Shown here one piece after another: positions 39,261 through 49,762 of a DNA stretch of 64,000 nt (positions within the stretch are counted from its first letter, which is position 1; each line of letters starts with the position of its first letter). The stretch comes from Oscillospiraceae bacterium (lineage in GTDB: Bacteria; Bacillota; Clostridia; Oscillospirales; CAG-272). The position numbers and the translations under genes are program-made. Below the pieces are notes generated by a model, which saw nothing but the letters and a program-made list of their open reading frames with translations, did no database searches and was not told the origin of the DNA. Where the stretch lies: the NCBI GenBank assembly GCA_015063625.1, contig SVTT01000003.1, positions 54,355-118,354 on the forward strand, in the 5' to 3' direction.

Positions 39261-40622
39261 ATGGACGACATCATGAGAACCGACGGGGATCTTGTGCGCA
39301 AAATGCCCTGCTCTCTCGCCTCCGAGAGGGCGCTGCTCGGCTCGATCCTCATCGATCCCGCCTCGATCACCGATATTCTTTCCACCGTGGGCGCGGATGA
39401 TTTTTACATTGCCGAGCACAAGCAGATCTTTCTTGCAATGCGAGAGCTGTTTGACGCCAGCCAGGAGATCGATCCCGTCACCCTGATCGACACACTGGTC
39501 CACAAGGGCGTCTACGAAAAGGCGGGTGGCGAGGATTACGTACGCTCCCTGCTGGAGGCAACGCCCAGCGCCATGAACATCGCCGACTACGCCCGCATCG
39601 TCAAGGAGGAGAGCACCCGTCGCCGCATCATTGCGGCATGCAGTGAGATCTCGGATATGACCTATGGCGAGCAAGAGGGCGTTTCGCATATTTTAGACTA
39701 CGCCCAGAGCCAATTTACCGAGATCGCGCAGGGGCGCGATTCGCGCAGCTTCCGCCATATCCGTGACGTGCTGCGCAACTTTCTTGACAACCTGCACCGT
39801 CTTTCCGCCGACAAGGATGCCGCCTCGGGCACCCCGACCGGCTTTTCGGGCGTTGACCGCCTTCTGGTCGGCATGGGCGAGGCAGACCTCGTGCTGATCG
39901 GCGCGCGTCCCGGCATGGGTAAAACCTCCTTTGCCATGAACATTGCCACCAACGTCGCCATGTCCACCGGAAAAAAGGTTTGTATCTTCTCGCTGGAAAT
40001 GTCGGGCGAGCAGCTGGTTTCCCGTATGATCGCCAGCGAAGCACTGGTGGACAGCTACAGCCTGCGCTCGGGTCAGATCAACGACGATGACTGGAAAAAG
40101 ATCGCCGATGCCGCCATGCGCCTGTCGAACACCGATCTTCTCATCGACGACACATCGGGCATCACCGTCACCTCCATGAAGGCAAAGCTTCGCCGTGTGG
40201 AGAACCTCGGGCTCGTGGTCATCGACTACCTGCAGCTGATGGAAAGCGAGCGTCGCTCGGACAACCGCGCCCTTGAGGTAGGCGATATCTCCAGAGGACT
40301 GAAGCTGATGGCAAAGGAGCTCCGCGTTCCCGTGATCTGCTGTGCTCAGCTCTCGCGCGGACCCGAAAGCAGAACCGACAAGCGTCCGCAGCTCTCCGAT
40401 CTGCGCGATTCGGGCGCCATCGAGCAGGATGCCGACGTGGTCATGTTCCTTTACCGTGATGAGTATTATAAGACAGACCGCGATCCCAACCAGAAGGAGG
40501 GCAACGTGGCAGAGGTCATCATTCAGAAGAACCGCCACGGCTCGACCGGAAACGTCAAAATGGGCTGGATCGGAACCTATACCAAGTTCCGCACCATCGA
40601 CAACGAGCACGAAGAGCCGTGA
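39261..40622 (+). CDS. dnaB: Replicative DNA helicase
   Basis: GARPGMGKT, FSLEMS, IDYLQL, SDLRDSGAIEQDAD, KNRHG. Confidence 0.97.
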   Translation: MDDIMRTDGDLVRKMPCSLASERALLGSILIDPASITDILSTVGADDFYIAEHKQIFLAMRELFDASQEIDPVTLIDTLVHKGVYEKAGGEDYVRSLLEATPSAMNIADYARIVKEESTRRRIIAACSEISDMTYGEQEGVSHILDYAQSQFTEIAQGRDSRSFRHIRDVLRNFLDNLHRLSADKDAASGTPTGFSGVDRLLVGMGEADLVLIGARPGMGKTSFAMNIATNVAMSTGKKVCIFSLEMSGEQLVSRMIASEALVDSYSLRSGQINDDDWKKIADAAMRLSNTDLLIDDTSGITVTSMKAKLRRVENLGLVVIDYLQLMESERRSDNRALEVGDISRGLKLMAKELRVPVICCAQLSRGPESRTDKRPQLSDLRDSGAIEQDADVVMFLYRDEYYKTDRDPNQKEGNVAEVIIQKNRHGSTGNVKMGWIGTYTKFRTIDNEHEEP

Positions 40623-41971
40623 TGAGCACCAACAAAAAAAACCAACTCGCAGGCTTCAAGGACCCCTGGCGTCTGGCATCCCTCCCCGAGGGAGCCCCAC
40701 TTGCCGTCGCGCTCTCGGGCGGCGCCGACTCGGTCGCTCTGCTCTCGCTGCTGTGTGAGCATGAGGGCGTGCACGCCGTGCACGTGCACCACGGCATCCG
40801 CGGCGAGGAGGCAGATCGCGACGCGCACTTTTGCGCCGCACTCGCAAAAAAGCTGGGCGTGCCCTTTTCCCTGCTTCGGGTGAACGTCCCACAGCATGCC
40901 AAGGAAACGGGAGAGAGCCTTGAAACCGCCGCGCGCAACGCGCGCTACGCCGCGCTTGCCGCCTGGATGAGGCGAGAGGGCATCTCCCTGCTCGCCACCG
41001 CCCATCACGCCGACGACCAGCTCGAAACCATGCTTCAGCATCTTCTGCGCGGAAGCGGCACGAGAGGGCTTTGCGGGATCCCCGCAGCACGCCCCATGGG
41101 CGAGGGGCTTTGGGTCGTCCGCCCCCTGCTTTCGGTATCAAAGGAGGCACTGCTTGCTCTTCTGGCAGAGCGCGGACTCTCCTACGTGACAGACAGCACG
41201 AACGGCGAGCCCTGCTGTGAGCGCAACCGATTGCGATTGCAGATCATTCCTCTTCTGAAGGAATTAAGACCCACCGCGCCCCTCGACGCCGCACACTGTG
41301 CCGAGCGATTGGCACAGGATGAAGCATATCTTGACGGCATCGCCTCGGATTTTTTGCGGCAAGAGGGCAGAGAGCCCTCGGTTGCGGCACTGCGCGAGCT
41401 TGCCGATCCGATCCTTGTCAGAGTCCTGCGTCGCCTGATGCCGAGCCCTCCCACGGCAAGGCACATTGATCTCATCCGCCGACTGCTTGACACCGAAAGG
41501 CGCCATGCTGACCTGTCGGTCCCACCGCATACGGTGGTCAGCGTGGAGTCGGGCAGACTGCGCATCCGCGAAAAGTCCCCCTCCTTGGGGCAGCCCTTCC
41601 TTCTTCCCGTTCGCCCGGGTGAGAACCGCATTCCGCAAACCGGCGCACTGGTGATCCTCGGGGCATGTCCGGAGGAGCTGCATGCCGCCGCAGCGCATAC
41701 CTATCGCTATACCACACGCATCGATCTGAATACCGCAGAGATCAACGGAGCACTCATGCTGCGTCCGCGCCGTCCGGGCGATGTGATCCTCTCACACGGT
41801 ATGCATAAGGCGGTCCGCCGCCTCGCGGGGACGCTGGAGCTCCCCCCTCGGGTACGGGCAGAAATGCCCCTGCTCGTTGACGACAGGGGTGTACTGGCAG
41901 TGCCCTTTGGCGCTCTGCGCGACGGCGCGGGCACGGACACGGATACCCACGTGACCTTTTACTTCAACTGA
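40622..41971 (+). CDS. tilS: tRNA(Ile)-lysidine synthetase
   Basis: ALSGGADS, ARNARY, TAHHADDQLET, VRPLL, RNRLR. Confidence 0.93.
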   Translation: MSTNKKNQLAGFKDPWRLASLPEGAPLAVALSGGADSVALLSLLCEHEGVHAVHVHHGIRGEEADRDAHFCAALAKKLGVPFSLLRVNVPQHAKETGESLETAARNARYAALAAWMRREGISLLATAHHADDQLETMLQHLLRGSGTRGLCGIPAARPMGEGLWVVRPLLSVSKEALLALLAERGLSYVTDSTNGEPCCERNRLRLQIIPLLKELRPTAPLDAAHCAERLAQDEAYLDGIASDFLRQEGREPSVAALRELADPILVRVLRRLMPSPPTARHIDLIRRLLDTERRHADLSVPPHTVVSVESGRLRIREKSPSLGQPFLLPVRPGENRIPQTGALVILGACPEELHAAAAHTYRYTTRIDLNTAEINGALMLRPRRPGDVILSHGMHKAVRRLAGTLELPPRVRAEMPLLVDDRGVLAVPFGALRDGAGTDTDTHVTFYFN

Positions 41972-41999
41972 TGTTTAAAAAGAAAGGCTTTTGTGTAGG

Positions 42000-42551
42000 A
42001 TGAATAAGGATATCGAAAGCATTCTCGTCAACGAATCCGAGCTGGATGCGCTGACCGAGCGACTCGCCGCCAGAATCGACGAGGATTACAGAGATACGGG
42101 CAGGCCGCTTGTGATGGTCTGCATCCTCAAAGGCTCTGTGATGTTTTACGTCGACCTGATCAAAAAGATCAGGCGACCCGTGGAGATGGAATTTATGAAG
42201 GTTTCCTCCTACGGCGCGGGAACGGCAAGCTCAGGCTGTATCAATCTGCACCTGGATCTGAAGCGTACCGATTACCCCTCGCTTGACGTCATTCTCGTGG
42301 AGGACATCGTGGACAGCGGAAGAACGCTCTCCATGCTGACCGCGCTCTTCAGGGAGCGCAAGGTACACAGCATCGCCACCTGCACGATGCTTGATAAGCC
42401 CTCCCGCCGCGAGGTGGACTTTGCCCCCGACTATGCAGGACTTTCCATTCCCGACAAATTCGTGGTGGGCTATGGACTTGATTACAATGAATATTATCGG
42501 GACCTGCCCTACGTGGGCATTCTGAAGCCCGAGGTATATACCAATCACTAA
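42000..42551 (+). CDS. hpt: Hypoxanthine phosphoribosyltransferase
   Basis: ILKGS, VEDIVDSGRT, FVVGYGLDY. Confidence 0.95.
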   Translation: MNKDIESILVNESELDALTERLAARIDEDYRDTGRPLVMVCILKGSVMFYVDLIKKIRRPVEMEFMKVSSYGAGTASSGCINLHLDLKRTDYPSLDVILVEDIVDSGRTLSMLTALFRERKVHSIATCTMLDKPSRREVDFAPDYAGLSIPDKFVVGYGLDYNEYYRDLPYVGILKPEVYTNH

Positions 42552-42565
42552 TCCCCGGAGGAAGC

Positions 42566-44626
42566 ATGAAAAACCATATCAAAAGCATCATTTTTTACGT
42601 GTTGCTCATTGCGCTGATCATCGGCGCGGTCGCAACCATCTACCGCAGCACCGAAAAGGAAAAGATCGTTCTCGGTGACGTCGTGACCTATTTTGAGCAG
42701 GACCGCGTCGTATCCTTCGTCATCGACAAAAATTACAATATCACCATGTCGGTCATCAGGACTGACGAGGGGGGCGGACTCGTGCAAAACGCCGACGGCA
42801 CCTGGAGCACGGAGGAGATCTCCTACCGCCTGCGCTCGGTGCAGACCTTTGAGGACTATTGCAACGACTACGTCAAGAGCAACAGCAACCTCAGATCCTT
42901 TGATATCGAGCCCGAGGCATCCTACCCCTGGTGGATCAGCCTTCTTCCCTCGCTGATCGTCATCATCCTTCTGGTCGCGCTCTGGTTCTTTATGATGAAC
43001 TCCGCGGGCGGTCACGGCTCCAAGATCAACAGCTTCGGCAAGGCGCGTGCCAAGACGGCAAGCGACACCAAGGAAAAGACCACCTTTGCCGACGTGGCAG
43101 GCTCCAACGAGGAAAAGCAGGAGCTTGAGGAGATCGTAGAATTCCTCAAGGATCCCCATAAATTCACAAGGCTCGGTGCCAAGATCCCCCACGGCGTACT
43201 GCTGGTGGGCCCTCCCGGCACGGGTAAGACACTGCTTGCCAAGGCGGTTGCCGGCGAGGCGGGTGTTCCCTTCTATTCGCTCTCCGGCTCTGATTTCGTT
43301 GAGCTTTACGTCGGTGTGGGCGCTTCCCGTGTGCGCGATCTGTTTGAGACCGCAAGAAAGACCCCTGCCAGCATCATCTTCATCGACGAGATCGATGCCG
43401 TGGGCAGACACCGCGGCGCGGGTCTTGGCGGCGGTCACGACGAGCGCGAGCAGACCCTCAACCAGCTGCTGGTGGAAATGGACGGCTTCGGCTCTCACGA
43501 CGGCATCATCGTCATGGCGGCAACCAACCGCCCCGACATTCTTGACCCCGCATTGCTCCGCCCCGGTCGCTTTGACCGTCAGATCACGGTCGATGCCCCC
43601 GACATCAAGGAGCGCGAGGCGATCCTTGGCGTTCACGCCAGGAACAAGCCTCTCGAGGATGCCGTCAGTCTTGAAACCGTTGCCAAAAAGACCGCCGGCT
43701 TCACGGGTGCCGATCTTGCCAATCTGCTGAATGAGGCGGCACTGCTGGCAGCACGCCGCAACAAGAGCCTGATCGGTATGGACGATATCGACGATGCCTT
43801 TATCCGCGTGATCGCAGGCCCCAAGAAAAAATCCCGCGTGATGAGCGATCGTGAGCGCAGAAACACCGCCTTCCACGAGGCGGGCCACGCCATCGTGGCA
43901 CAGCTTCTCCCCTATCTTGACAACGTCCACCAGATCTCCATCATTCCCTCGGGCAGAGCGCTCGGCTACACCATGAGCCTGCCTGCCGAGGACAAATACA
44001 GCGTTTACAAGCAGGAGCTGAAGGAGCGCATCGCTGAGCTGCTGGCAGGTCGCGTTGCAGAGTCGCTGGTGTTCGGCGACATCTCGGGCGGCGCCTCCAA
44101 CGACATCGAGCGTGCCACCAACATTGCCCGCAAGATGGTGACTCAGCTCGGCATGTCCGACAAGCTCGGCCCCATCAAGTACGGCACGGCTGACAGTGAG
44201 GTCTTCCTCGGTCGTGATTTCTCCAGCGGCACCGACTATTCGCCTGCCGTTGCCGCCGTGATCGACGAGGAGATCAAGGCACTGATCGACGAGGGCTACG
44301 CCACCGCCGAGCGTCTGCTCCGCGAAAACCGCGGGAAGCTTGACTTTGTGGCAGAATTCCTGCTGAAGCACGAGATCATGGACGGCGACCAGTTTGCCGC
44401 TGCCATGGAGGAAGGTGCTACCATGGAAACGCTTGAGGCAATTGCCGCCGACAAGAAGCGCCGCAGCGAGGAGGAAAACGCAGAGCGCGAGCGCCGTAAC
44501 CGCGAGGCTGCTGCGGCTACCGAGGCGGCTGATGCATCCCCCGAGCTTCCCGATTTCAAGGACCCCACCGAGAACGATCGGAAAAACGAAGTGGCTGACA
44601 ACGACCGCGACGAGTCCGACCGCTGA
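42566..44626 (+). CDS. ftsH: ATP-dependent zinc metalloprotease FtsH
   Basis: Two TM segments, [26 protein letters not shown]. Confidence 0.97.
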   Translation: MKNHIKSIIFYVLLIALIIGAVATIYRSTEKEKIVLGDVVTYFEQDRVVSFVIDKNYNITMSVIRTDEGGGLVQNADGTWSTEEISYRLRSVQTFEDYCNDYVKSNSNLRSFDIEPEASYPWWISLLPSLIVIILLVALWFFMMNSAGGHGSKINSFGKARAKTASDTKEKTTFADVAGSNEEKQELEEIVEFLKDPHKFTRLGAKIPHGVLLVGPPGTGKTLLAKAVAGEAGVPFYSLSGSDFVELYVGVGASRVRDLFETARKTPASIIFIDEIDAVGRHRGAGLGGGHDEREQTLNQLLVEMDGFGSHDGIIVMAATNRPDILDPALLRPGRFDRQITVDAPDIKEREAILGVHARNKPLEDAVSLETVAKKTAGFTGADLANLLNEAALLAARRNKSLIGMDDIDDAFIRVIAGPKKKSRVMSDRERRNTAFHEAGHAIVAQLLPYLDNVHQISIIPSGRALGYTMSLPAEDKYSVYKQELKERIAELLAGRVAESLVFGDISGGASNDIERATNIARKMVTQLGMSDKLGPIKYGTADSEVFLGRDFSSGTDYSPAVAAVIDEEIKALIDEGYATAERLLRENRGKLDFVAEFLLKHEIMDGDQFAAAMEEGATMETLEAIAADKKRRSEEENAERERRNREAAAATEAADASPELPDFKDPTENDRKNEVADNDRDESDR

Positions 44627-44680
44627 CCGCCTTTGCAGGGCGGCGCGGCAGCGCGTCGCCCATCAAAAGAAAGGATACCT

Positions 44681-47647
44681 ATGAAGGAAGCAAGACTTGG
44701 CATCGACATCGGCTCCACCACCGCCAAGGTGGTGCTGGAGCGCGATGGCAACATTCTTTACGAATGCTACGAGCGACATTTCTCACAAGTTCGCATTAAA
44801 ACGCTGGAGATCCTTTATCGCTTACAGGATAAGATCGGCAGCTCCCCCTTAAAGGTCGCCATCTCGGGATCGGCGGGTCTGGGGCTTGCGCGTGCGGCAG
44901 AGCTGCCCTTCGTGCAGGAGGTCTTTGCCACGGGGGAGACCGTCAGACGCATGCAGCCCGACACCAACGTGGTCATCGAGCTGGGCGGCGAGGACGCCAA
45001 GGTCATCTTCTTTGACGGCGGCACCGATGAGCGCATGAACGGAACCTGCGCAGGCGGCACGGGCGCATTTATCGATCAGATGGCGACCCTGCTTGACCTC
45101 ACGGTCGAGGAAATGGACGCCCTGAGCCTTGAGGCGACCCGGATCTATCCCATTGCCTCGCGCTGCGGCGTATTTGCCAAGACCGATATTCAGCCCCTCC
45201 TCAACCAAGGCGCCGCCAAGGCGGATATTGCCGCCAGCATCTTCCGCGCCGTGGTCAATCAGACCATCGCGGGACTGGCACAGGGGCGAAAGATCGAGGG
45301 CAAGGTCATGTTCCTCGGCGGTCCCCTCTCCTTTAACGAGGGACTTCGCCGCCAGTTCCTGAAGGTTCTGAAGCTCTCCGAGGAAAACGCCGTGTTCCCG
45401 TCCTATGCCCGCGTTTCGGTGGCACTCGGTGCGGCGTTTTACGCCGCAGGACTTACGCAGTCCTATACCTTTGACGAGCTGATCGAGCGCGTGGAGCGCT
45501 CTGCATCGGTCAAAACCGACACCTCCCGTCTACCCCCCCTCTTTCTCGACGAAAAGGAATACGCCTCCTTCTGCGAGCGCCACGGTGCCTCCACCGTTGA
45601 GAGTGCCGACGCCGCTGTCTACGAGGGCAACGCCTATCTCGGCATCGACTGCGGCTCCACCACCACCAAGCTGGTGCTGATGAGCGAGGATAAGAAGCTG
45701 CTCTATACATATTACGACTCCAATAAGGGCAACCCCGTGGGGATCGTCAAGGAGCAGCTTGACGCCGTCTACCGCCTGTGCGGCGATCGTATCTGCATTG
45801 CCGCCAGCGCGGTCACAGGCTATGGAGAGGAGCTGATCCGCCACGCCTTCCGCCTGGATCACGGTCTGGTAGAAACCATGGCGCACTTTACCGCCGCGCG
45901 TTATTTTAACCCCAACGTCGATTTCATTCTTGACATCGGCGGTCAGGATATCAAATGCTTCAAGATCAAAAACGGTGCCATTGACAGCATCATGCTCAAC
46001 GAGGCGTGCTCCTCTGGCTGCGGCTCCTTCATCGAGACCTTTGCCAAATCGCTTGGCTATGATGCTGCAAGCTTCGCAAAGCTTGCCCTTTACGCCTCCT
46101 CCCCTGTCGACCTCGGCTCGCGCTGCACGGTCTTTATGAACTCCTCGGTCAAGCAGGCGCAGAAGGACGGCGCCACCGTGGGGGACATTTCGGCAGGTCT
46201 TTGCGCCTCGGTGGTCAAAAATGCCATTTACAAGGTCATCCGTGCAGGCAGTGCCGACGAGCTGGGGGACAACATTGTGGTCCAGGGCGGCACCTTCCTC
46301 AACGATGCCGTGCTCCGCAGCTTCGAAAGGGAGCTTGGAAAGCCCGTCATCCGCCCCGCCATCGCAGGTCTGATGGGGGCTTACGGCGCCGCACTCTTTG
46401 CCAAGGCAAACGCGCCCGCCGTAACCGCAACCCTCACCCCCGATGAGCTTGCCTCCTTTACCCATTCCTCAAAGGCGGCAGTCTGCCGCGGCTGTACCAA
46501 CAACTGCAACATCACCGTCAACACCTTCTCGGACGGTGAAAAATTCATCTCGGGCAACAAGTGCGAAAAGGGTGCCGGCAAGTGCCCCTCCGAGAACCCG
46601 CTGCCCGACCTGCACGCCTACAAGAGAGGGTTGTTTGCCGCCATGACCCCCAAGGAGGGCACACGCGGCTTTACCGTGGGCCTGCCCCTCGCGCTCGGCA
46701 TGTACGAGCTCGGTCCCCTTTGGTATACACTGTTTGACGCGCTGGGCTTCGGCGTGCGCTTTTCCGGCTTCTCCAGCCGAAAGATCTACGCCAAGGGGCA
46801 GTACAGCATCCCCTCGGATACGGCATGCTATCCTGCCAAGATCATGCACGGTCATATCGAGCAGCTGATCGAGGACGGCGTCGACGCCATCTTCTACCCC
46901 TCGCTGACACGGAACGTGGACGAGGGCGTATCGGACAACCACTACAACTGTCCTGTCGTCGCCTATTACTCCGAGCTTCTCAAGCACAATATGGATTCTC
47001 TCTCGGGTCTGCGCTTTTTCTATCCTTATTTAAACATTAACGACGAAAAGCAGCTGACCGCAGAGCTCCTTGACTTCCTCAACCGCGAATTCGGCGGCTT
47101 TACCAAAAAAGAGGTCGCGCAAGCCGTACGGGCGGCTTACACCGCCTACGAGGCACACATGGCAAGCATTCGCGTCGAAGGCGAGCGCGCCGTCAAGCGC
47201 GCTCGCGACGAGGGCAAGCGACTCATGGTGCTGTGCGGCAGGCCCTACCATATCGACCCCGAGATCGGGCACTGCATCGACCAGCTTGCCACCACGCTCG
47301 GCTTCGTGGTGGTCAGCGAGGATTCGGTAGCACATCTTGCCTCCTCCCCCATCAAGGTCAGCGTCCTCAACCAATGGACCTATCACGCACGCCTTTACAA
47401 CGCGGCACGCTTTGTCACCGAAACCAAGGGGGCTGAGCTGGTGCAGCTGGTTTCCTTCGGATGCGGCATTGATGCCATCACCACCGACGAGGTGCGCACC
47501 ATCCTTGAGGAGCAGGGCAAGCTTTATACCCAGATCAAGATCGACGAGATCACCAATCTCGGTGCCGTCACCATCCGTCTGCGCAGCCTGATCGGCGCGC
47601 TGGAGCAACAGAAAAAGGAGGGCGCGGAATGGCAACGCAAAGAGTAA
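44681..47647 (+). CDS. CoA-substrate-specific enzyme activase (two BcrAD/BadFG domains plus a DUF2229-like region)
   Basis: GIDIGSTT/GIDCGSTT, ELGGED/DIGGQD, CAGGTG/CSSGCG, ACYPAK. Confidence 0.88.
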   Translation: MKEARLGIDIGSTTAKVVLERDGNILYECYERHFSQVRIKTLEILYRLQDKIGSSPLKVAISGSAGLGLARAAELPFVQEVFATGETVRRMQPDTNVVIELGGEDAKVIFFDGGTDERMNGTCAGGTGAFIDQMATLLDLTVEEMDALSLEATRIYPIASRCGVFAKTDIQPLLNQGAAKADIAASIFRAVVNQTIAGLAQGRKIEGKVMFLGGPLSFNEGLRRQFLKVLKLSEENAVFPSYARVSVALGAAFYAAGLTQSYTFDELIERVERSASVKTDTSRLPPLFLDEKEYASFCERHGASTVESADAAVYEGNAYLGIDCGSTTTKLVLMSEDKKLLYTYYDSNKGNPVGIVKEQLDAVYRLCGDRICIAASAVTGYGEELIRHAFRLDHGLVETMAHFTAARYFNPNVDFILDIGGQDIKCFKIKNGAIDSIMLNEACSSGCGSFIETFAKSLGYDAASFAKLALYASSPVDLGSRCTVFMNSSVKQAQKDGATVGDISAGLCASVVKNAIYKVIRAGSADELGDNIVVQGGTFLNDAVLRSFERELGKPVIRPAIAGLMGAYGAALFAKANAPAVTATLTPDELASFTHSSKAAVCRGCTNNCNITVNTFSDGEKFISGNKCEKGAGKCPSENPLPDLHAYKRGLFAAMTPKEGTRGFTVGLPLALGMYELGPLWYTLFDALGFGVRFSGFSSRKIYAKGQYSIPSDTACYPAKIMHGHIEQLIEDGVDAIFYPSLTRNVDEGVSDNHYNCPVVAYYSELLKHNMDSLSGLRFFYPYLNINDEKQLTAELLDFLNREFGGFTKKEVAQAVRAAYTAYEAHMASIRVEGERAVKRARDEGKRLMVLCGRPYHIDPEIGHCIDQLATTLGFVVVSEDSVAHLASSPIKVSVLNQWTYHARLYNAARFVTETKGAELVQLVSFGCGIDAITTDEVRTILEEQGKLYTQIKIDEITNLGAVTIRLRSLIGALEQQKKEGAEWQRKE

Positions 47648-48915
47648 TATTTACCAAAGAGATGAAGCGGGATTACACCATTCTCCTGCCCAATATGCTG
47701 CCCATGCATTTCAGACTGCTGGCAAAAATGCTGCAAGCGCGCGGCTACCGTGCAGAGCTACTGGAAACCTCGGATCACGAGATCATCGAATGCGGTCTGA
47801 AGTACGTACATAACGACACCTGCTATCCCGCGCTGCTCATCATCGGACAGTTTATCAACGCTCTGCAAAGCGGCAAGTATGACGTCAACAAGACCGCACT
47901 GCTGCTCACCCAGACGGGTGGCGGCTGCCGTGCCTCCAACTATATCGCCCTGCTCCGCAAGGCACTGCAAAAGGCAGGGCTTTCACAGGTGCCCGTCATC
48001 TCGCTGAACATCTCGGGGCTTGAAAAGAACCCCGGCTTCAAGCTGACCCTCTCACTCGGAAAGGAAATGCTTTATGCCGTCTATTTCGGTGACCTTCTGA
48101 TGAGCCTTGTCAACCAGTGTCGCCCCTACGAGATCACAAAGGGCAGCACACAGGCTCTCGCCGACAAGTGGGTGGCGCGCCTTTGTGATGAGCTGGGTGG
48201 CGGCAAAAAGGTCAAATACGACTTTATCAAGCAGCGCTACGCCGATATTCTGCGCGATTTCGAGCTGAATCTCCCCCGCACCGCCGAGAAAAAGGTGCGT
48301 GTGGGCATCGTTGGCGAGATCTTTGTCAAATTCTCCCCCCTTGGGAACAACGACCTTGAAAGCTTTTTGGTCGGCGAGGGTGCCGAAACCGTGATGGCAG
48401 GCCTTCTTGACTTCCTCATGTACTCGGTCAACACCGCCGTGGTGGACACCCGACTCTACGGCATGAAAAAGGGCAAGGGCAGGCTGATGAGGTGGGCATA
48501 TGATTATCTGCACAAAAAGCAGCTCGATTTCATTGCGCTCTACAAGGAGCACAGCCACTTTATTCCTCCCTCCGATTTTGAAAGCACGCGTGCCGCTATC
48601 AAGGGCTATATCAGCGAGGGCGTCCAAATGGGCGAGGGCTGGCTGCTCACCGCCGAAATGCTGGAGCTGATCGAGAGCGGCGTCAAGAACGTGGTCTGCA
48701 CCCAGCCCTTCGGCTGCCTGCCCAACCACATCGTGGGCAAGGGCATGATGAAGATCATTCGCGAGCATCACCCGGGCGTCAATCTGGTCGCCATCGACTA
48801 TGACGCGGGCGCCTCGCGCATCAACCAGGAAAATCGCCTCAAGCTTATGCTTGCCAATGCAAATTTGCAGTTGCAGGAAGAAAAAAAGGAGGAGGACACT
48901 CTTCTCACGGTCTAA
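47629..48915 (+). CDS. 2-hydroxyacyl-CoA dehydratase-like partner of the activase
   Basis: CYPALL, QTGGGCRASNY, VGEIFV, GEGW, QPFGCLPNH. Confidence 0.85.
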   Translation: MATQRVIFTKEMKRDYTILLPNMLPMHFRLLAKMLQARGYRAELLETSDHEIIECGLKYVHNDTCYPALLIIGQFINALQSGKYDVNKTALLLTQTGGGCRASNYIALLRKALQKAGLSQVPVISLNISGLEKNPGFKLTLSLGKEMLYAVYFGDLLMSLVNQCRPYEITKGSTQALADKWVARLCDELGGGKKVKYDFIKQRYADILRDFELNLPRTAEKKVRVGIVGEIFVKFSPLGNNDLESFLVGEGAETVMAGLLDFLMYSVNTAVVDTRLYGMKKGKGRLMRWAYDYLHKKQLDFIALYKEHSHFIPPSDFESTRAAIKGYISEGVQMGEGWLLTAEMLELIESGVKNVVCTQPFGCLPNHIVGKGMMKIIREHHPGVNLVAIDYDAGASRINQENRLKLMLANANLQLQEEKKEEDTLLTV

Positions 48916-49262
48916 GGCTTCCTCTGCAAGATGTCATAAGGGTGGGCATATCGTGACAACAGAATAGCAATTGCCCCCGCCGATTCGGCTGTTCCTCAGG
49001 ATGACCGAGTCGACGGGGGCAATGTTATGGCGAAGTGACGGCAAAGCATAAAAAACGGACAACTCTCGCCGCGAAGGTCAATCAGCCCGATCAGTCATAC
49101 CGTCCCCGAGATCAGCAAAACACGTGCAACCGTGCTTTTTTTGATGCCGATCACGTGCGCGTGAGAGCACCGCACCGCCCCACATGCCAAAAATATACCG
49201 TGCGCGACATTTTCCCCTTCTGCATATACTCATAGTAGTACCATGCGAAAGGAGAAATTTTC

Positions 49263-49478
49263 ATGCAACTGGACCGCGCCGCATTGCAAAAAATGCTGAT
49301 GCTGAACGACCGCCAGCTTGAGATCATCATCAGAAAGCTGGCACAGGAATACGGTCTTGACCTCAGTGCCTTTCAGATCAAGCCGGGTGATATGGTGGGA
49401 CTGCGTCTGGCACTCCAAAATGCCAGCGATGAGGATCTGGTGAAGCTGGGAGAGCAGTTGAAAAGGGGGAAGCCTTGA
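49263..49478 (+). CDS. Hypothetical protein (71 aa)
   Basis: AAAGGAG RBS, helical composition, first of three closely packed ORFs. Confidence 0.7.
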   Translation: MQLDRAALQKMLMLNDRQLEIIIRKLAQEYGLDLSAFQIKPGDMVGLRLALQNASDEDLVKLGEQLKRGKP

Positions 49479-49753
49479 ACGTGCAGGAGCAGAGCATGCC
49501 GCCCGAGGAGCCGTCCGGCATGCCTGAGGAGGATTTTTCAAGGCTGCTTGAAAGCATCAGCACCATGGCACCCTTGGTACGCGGCGTGCTGGGCTCCTCC
49601 CCCCAAAAGGGAGATCGATCCCCCGCTGCCAGAGGTCGGGAGGGCTTACTGCTCGCACTCAAGCCCTATCTCTCGCCCTCGCGGTGCGCGGCGGTGGATT
49701 ATTTCATTCGACTTGACCGCATCAGCGAGCTCCTCCGAGCCACGCTTTCTTAG
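49475..49753 (+). CDS. Hypothetical protein (92 aa)
   Basis: TTGA overlap with the upstream stop; the LLLALKPYLS motif recalls uncharacterised clostridial small proteins. Confidence 0.7.
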   Translation: MNVQEQSMPPEEPSGMPEEDFSRLLESISTMAPLVRGVLGSSPQKGDRSPAARGREGLLLALKPYLSPSRCAAVDYFIRLDRISELLRATLS

Positions 49754-49762
49754 GGAGGTGTT

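Noticed and set aside
42548-44371. 607-aa minus-strand ORF opposite ftsH
   Set aside because: Typical spurious antisense ORF of a conserved, codon-biased gene.
48964-49028. SRP RNA (ffs) call
   Set aside because: The conserved CAGG/GNRA/AGCAG symmetric-loop bases are incomplete; kept only as an unexplained hairpin.
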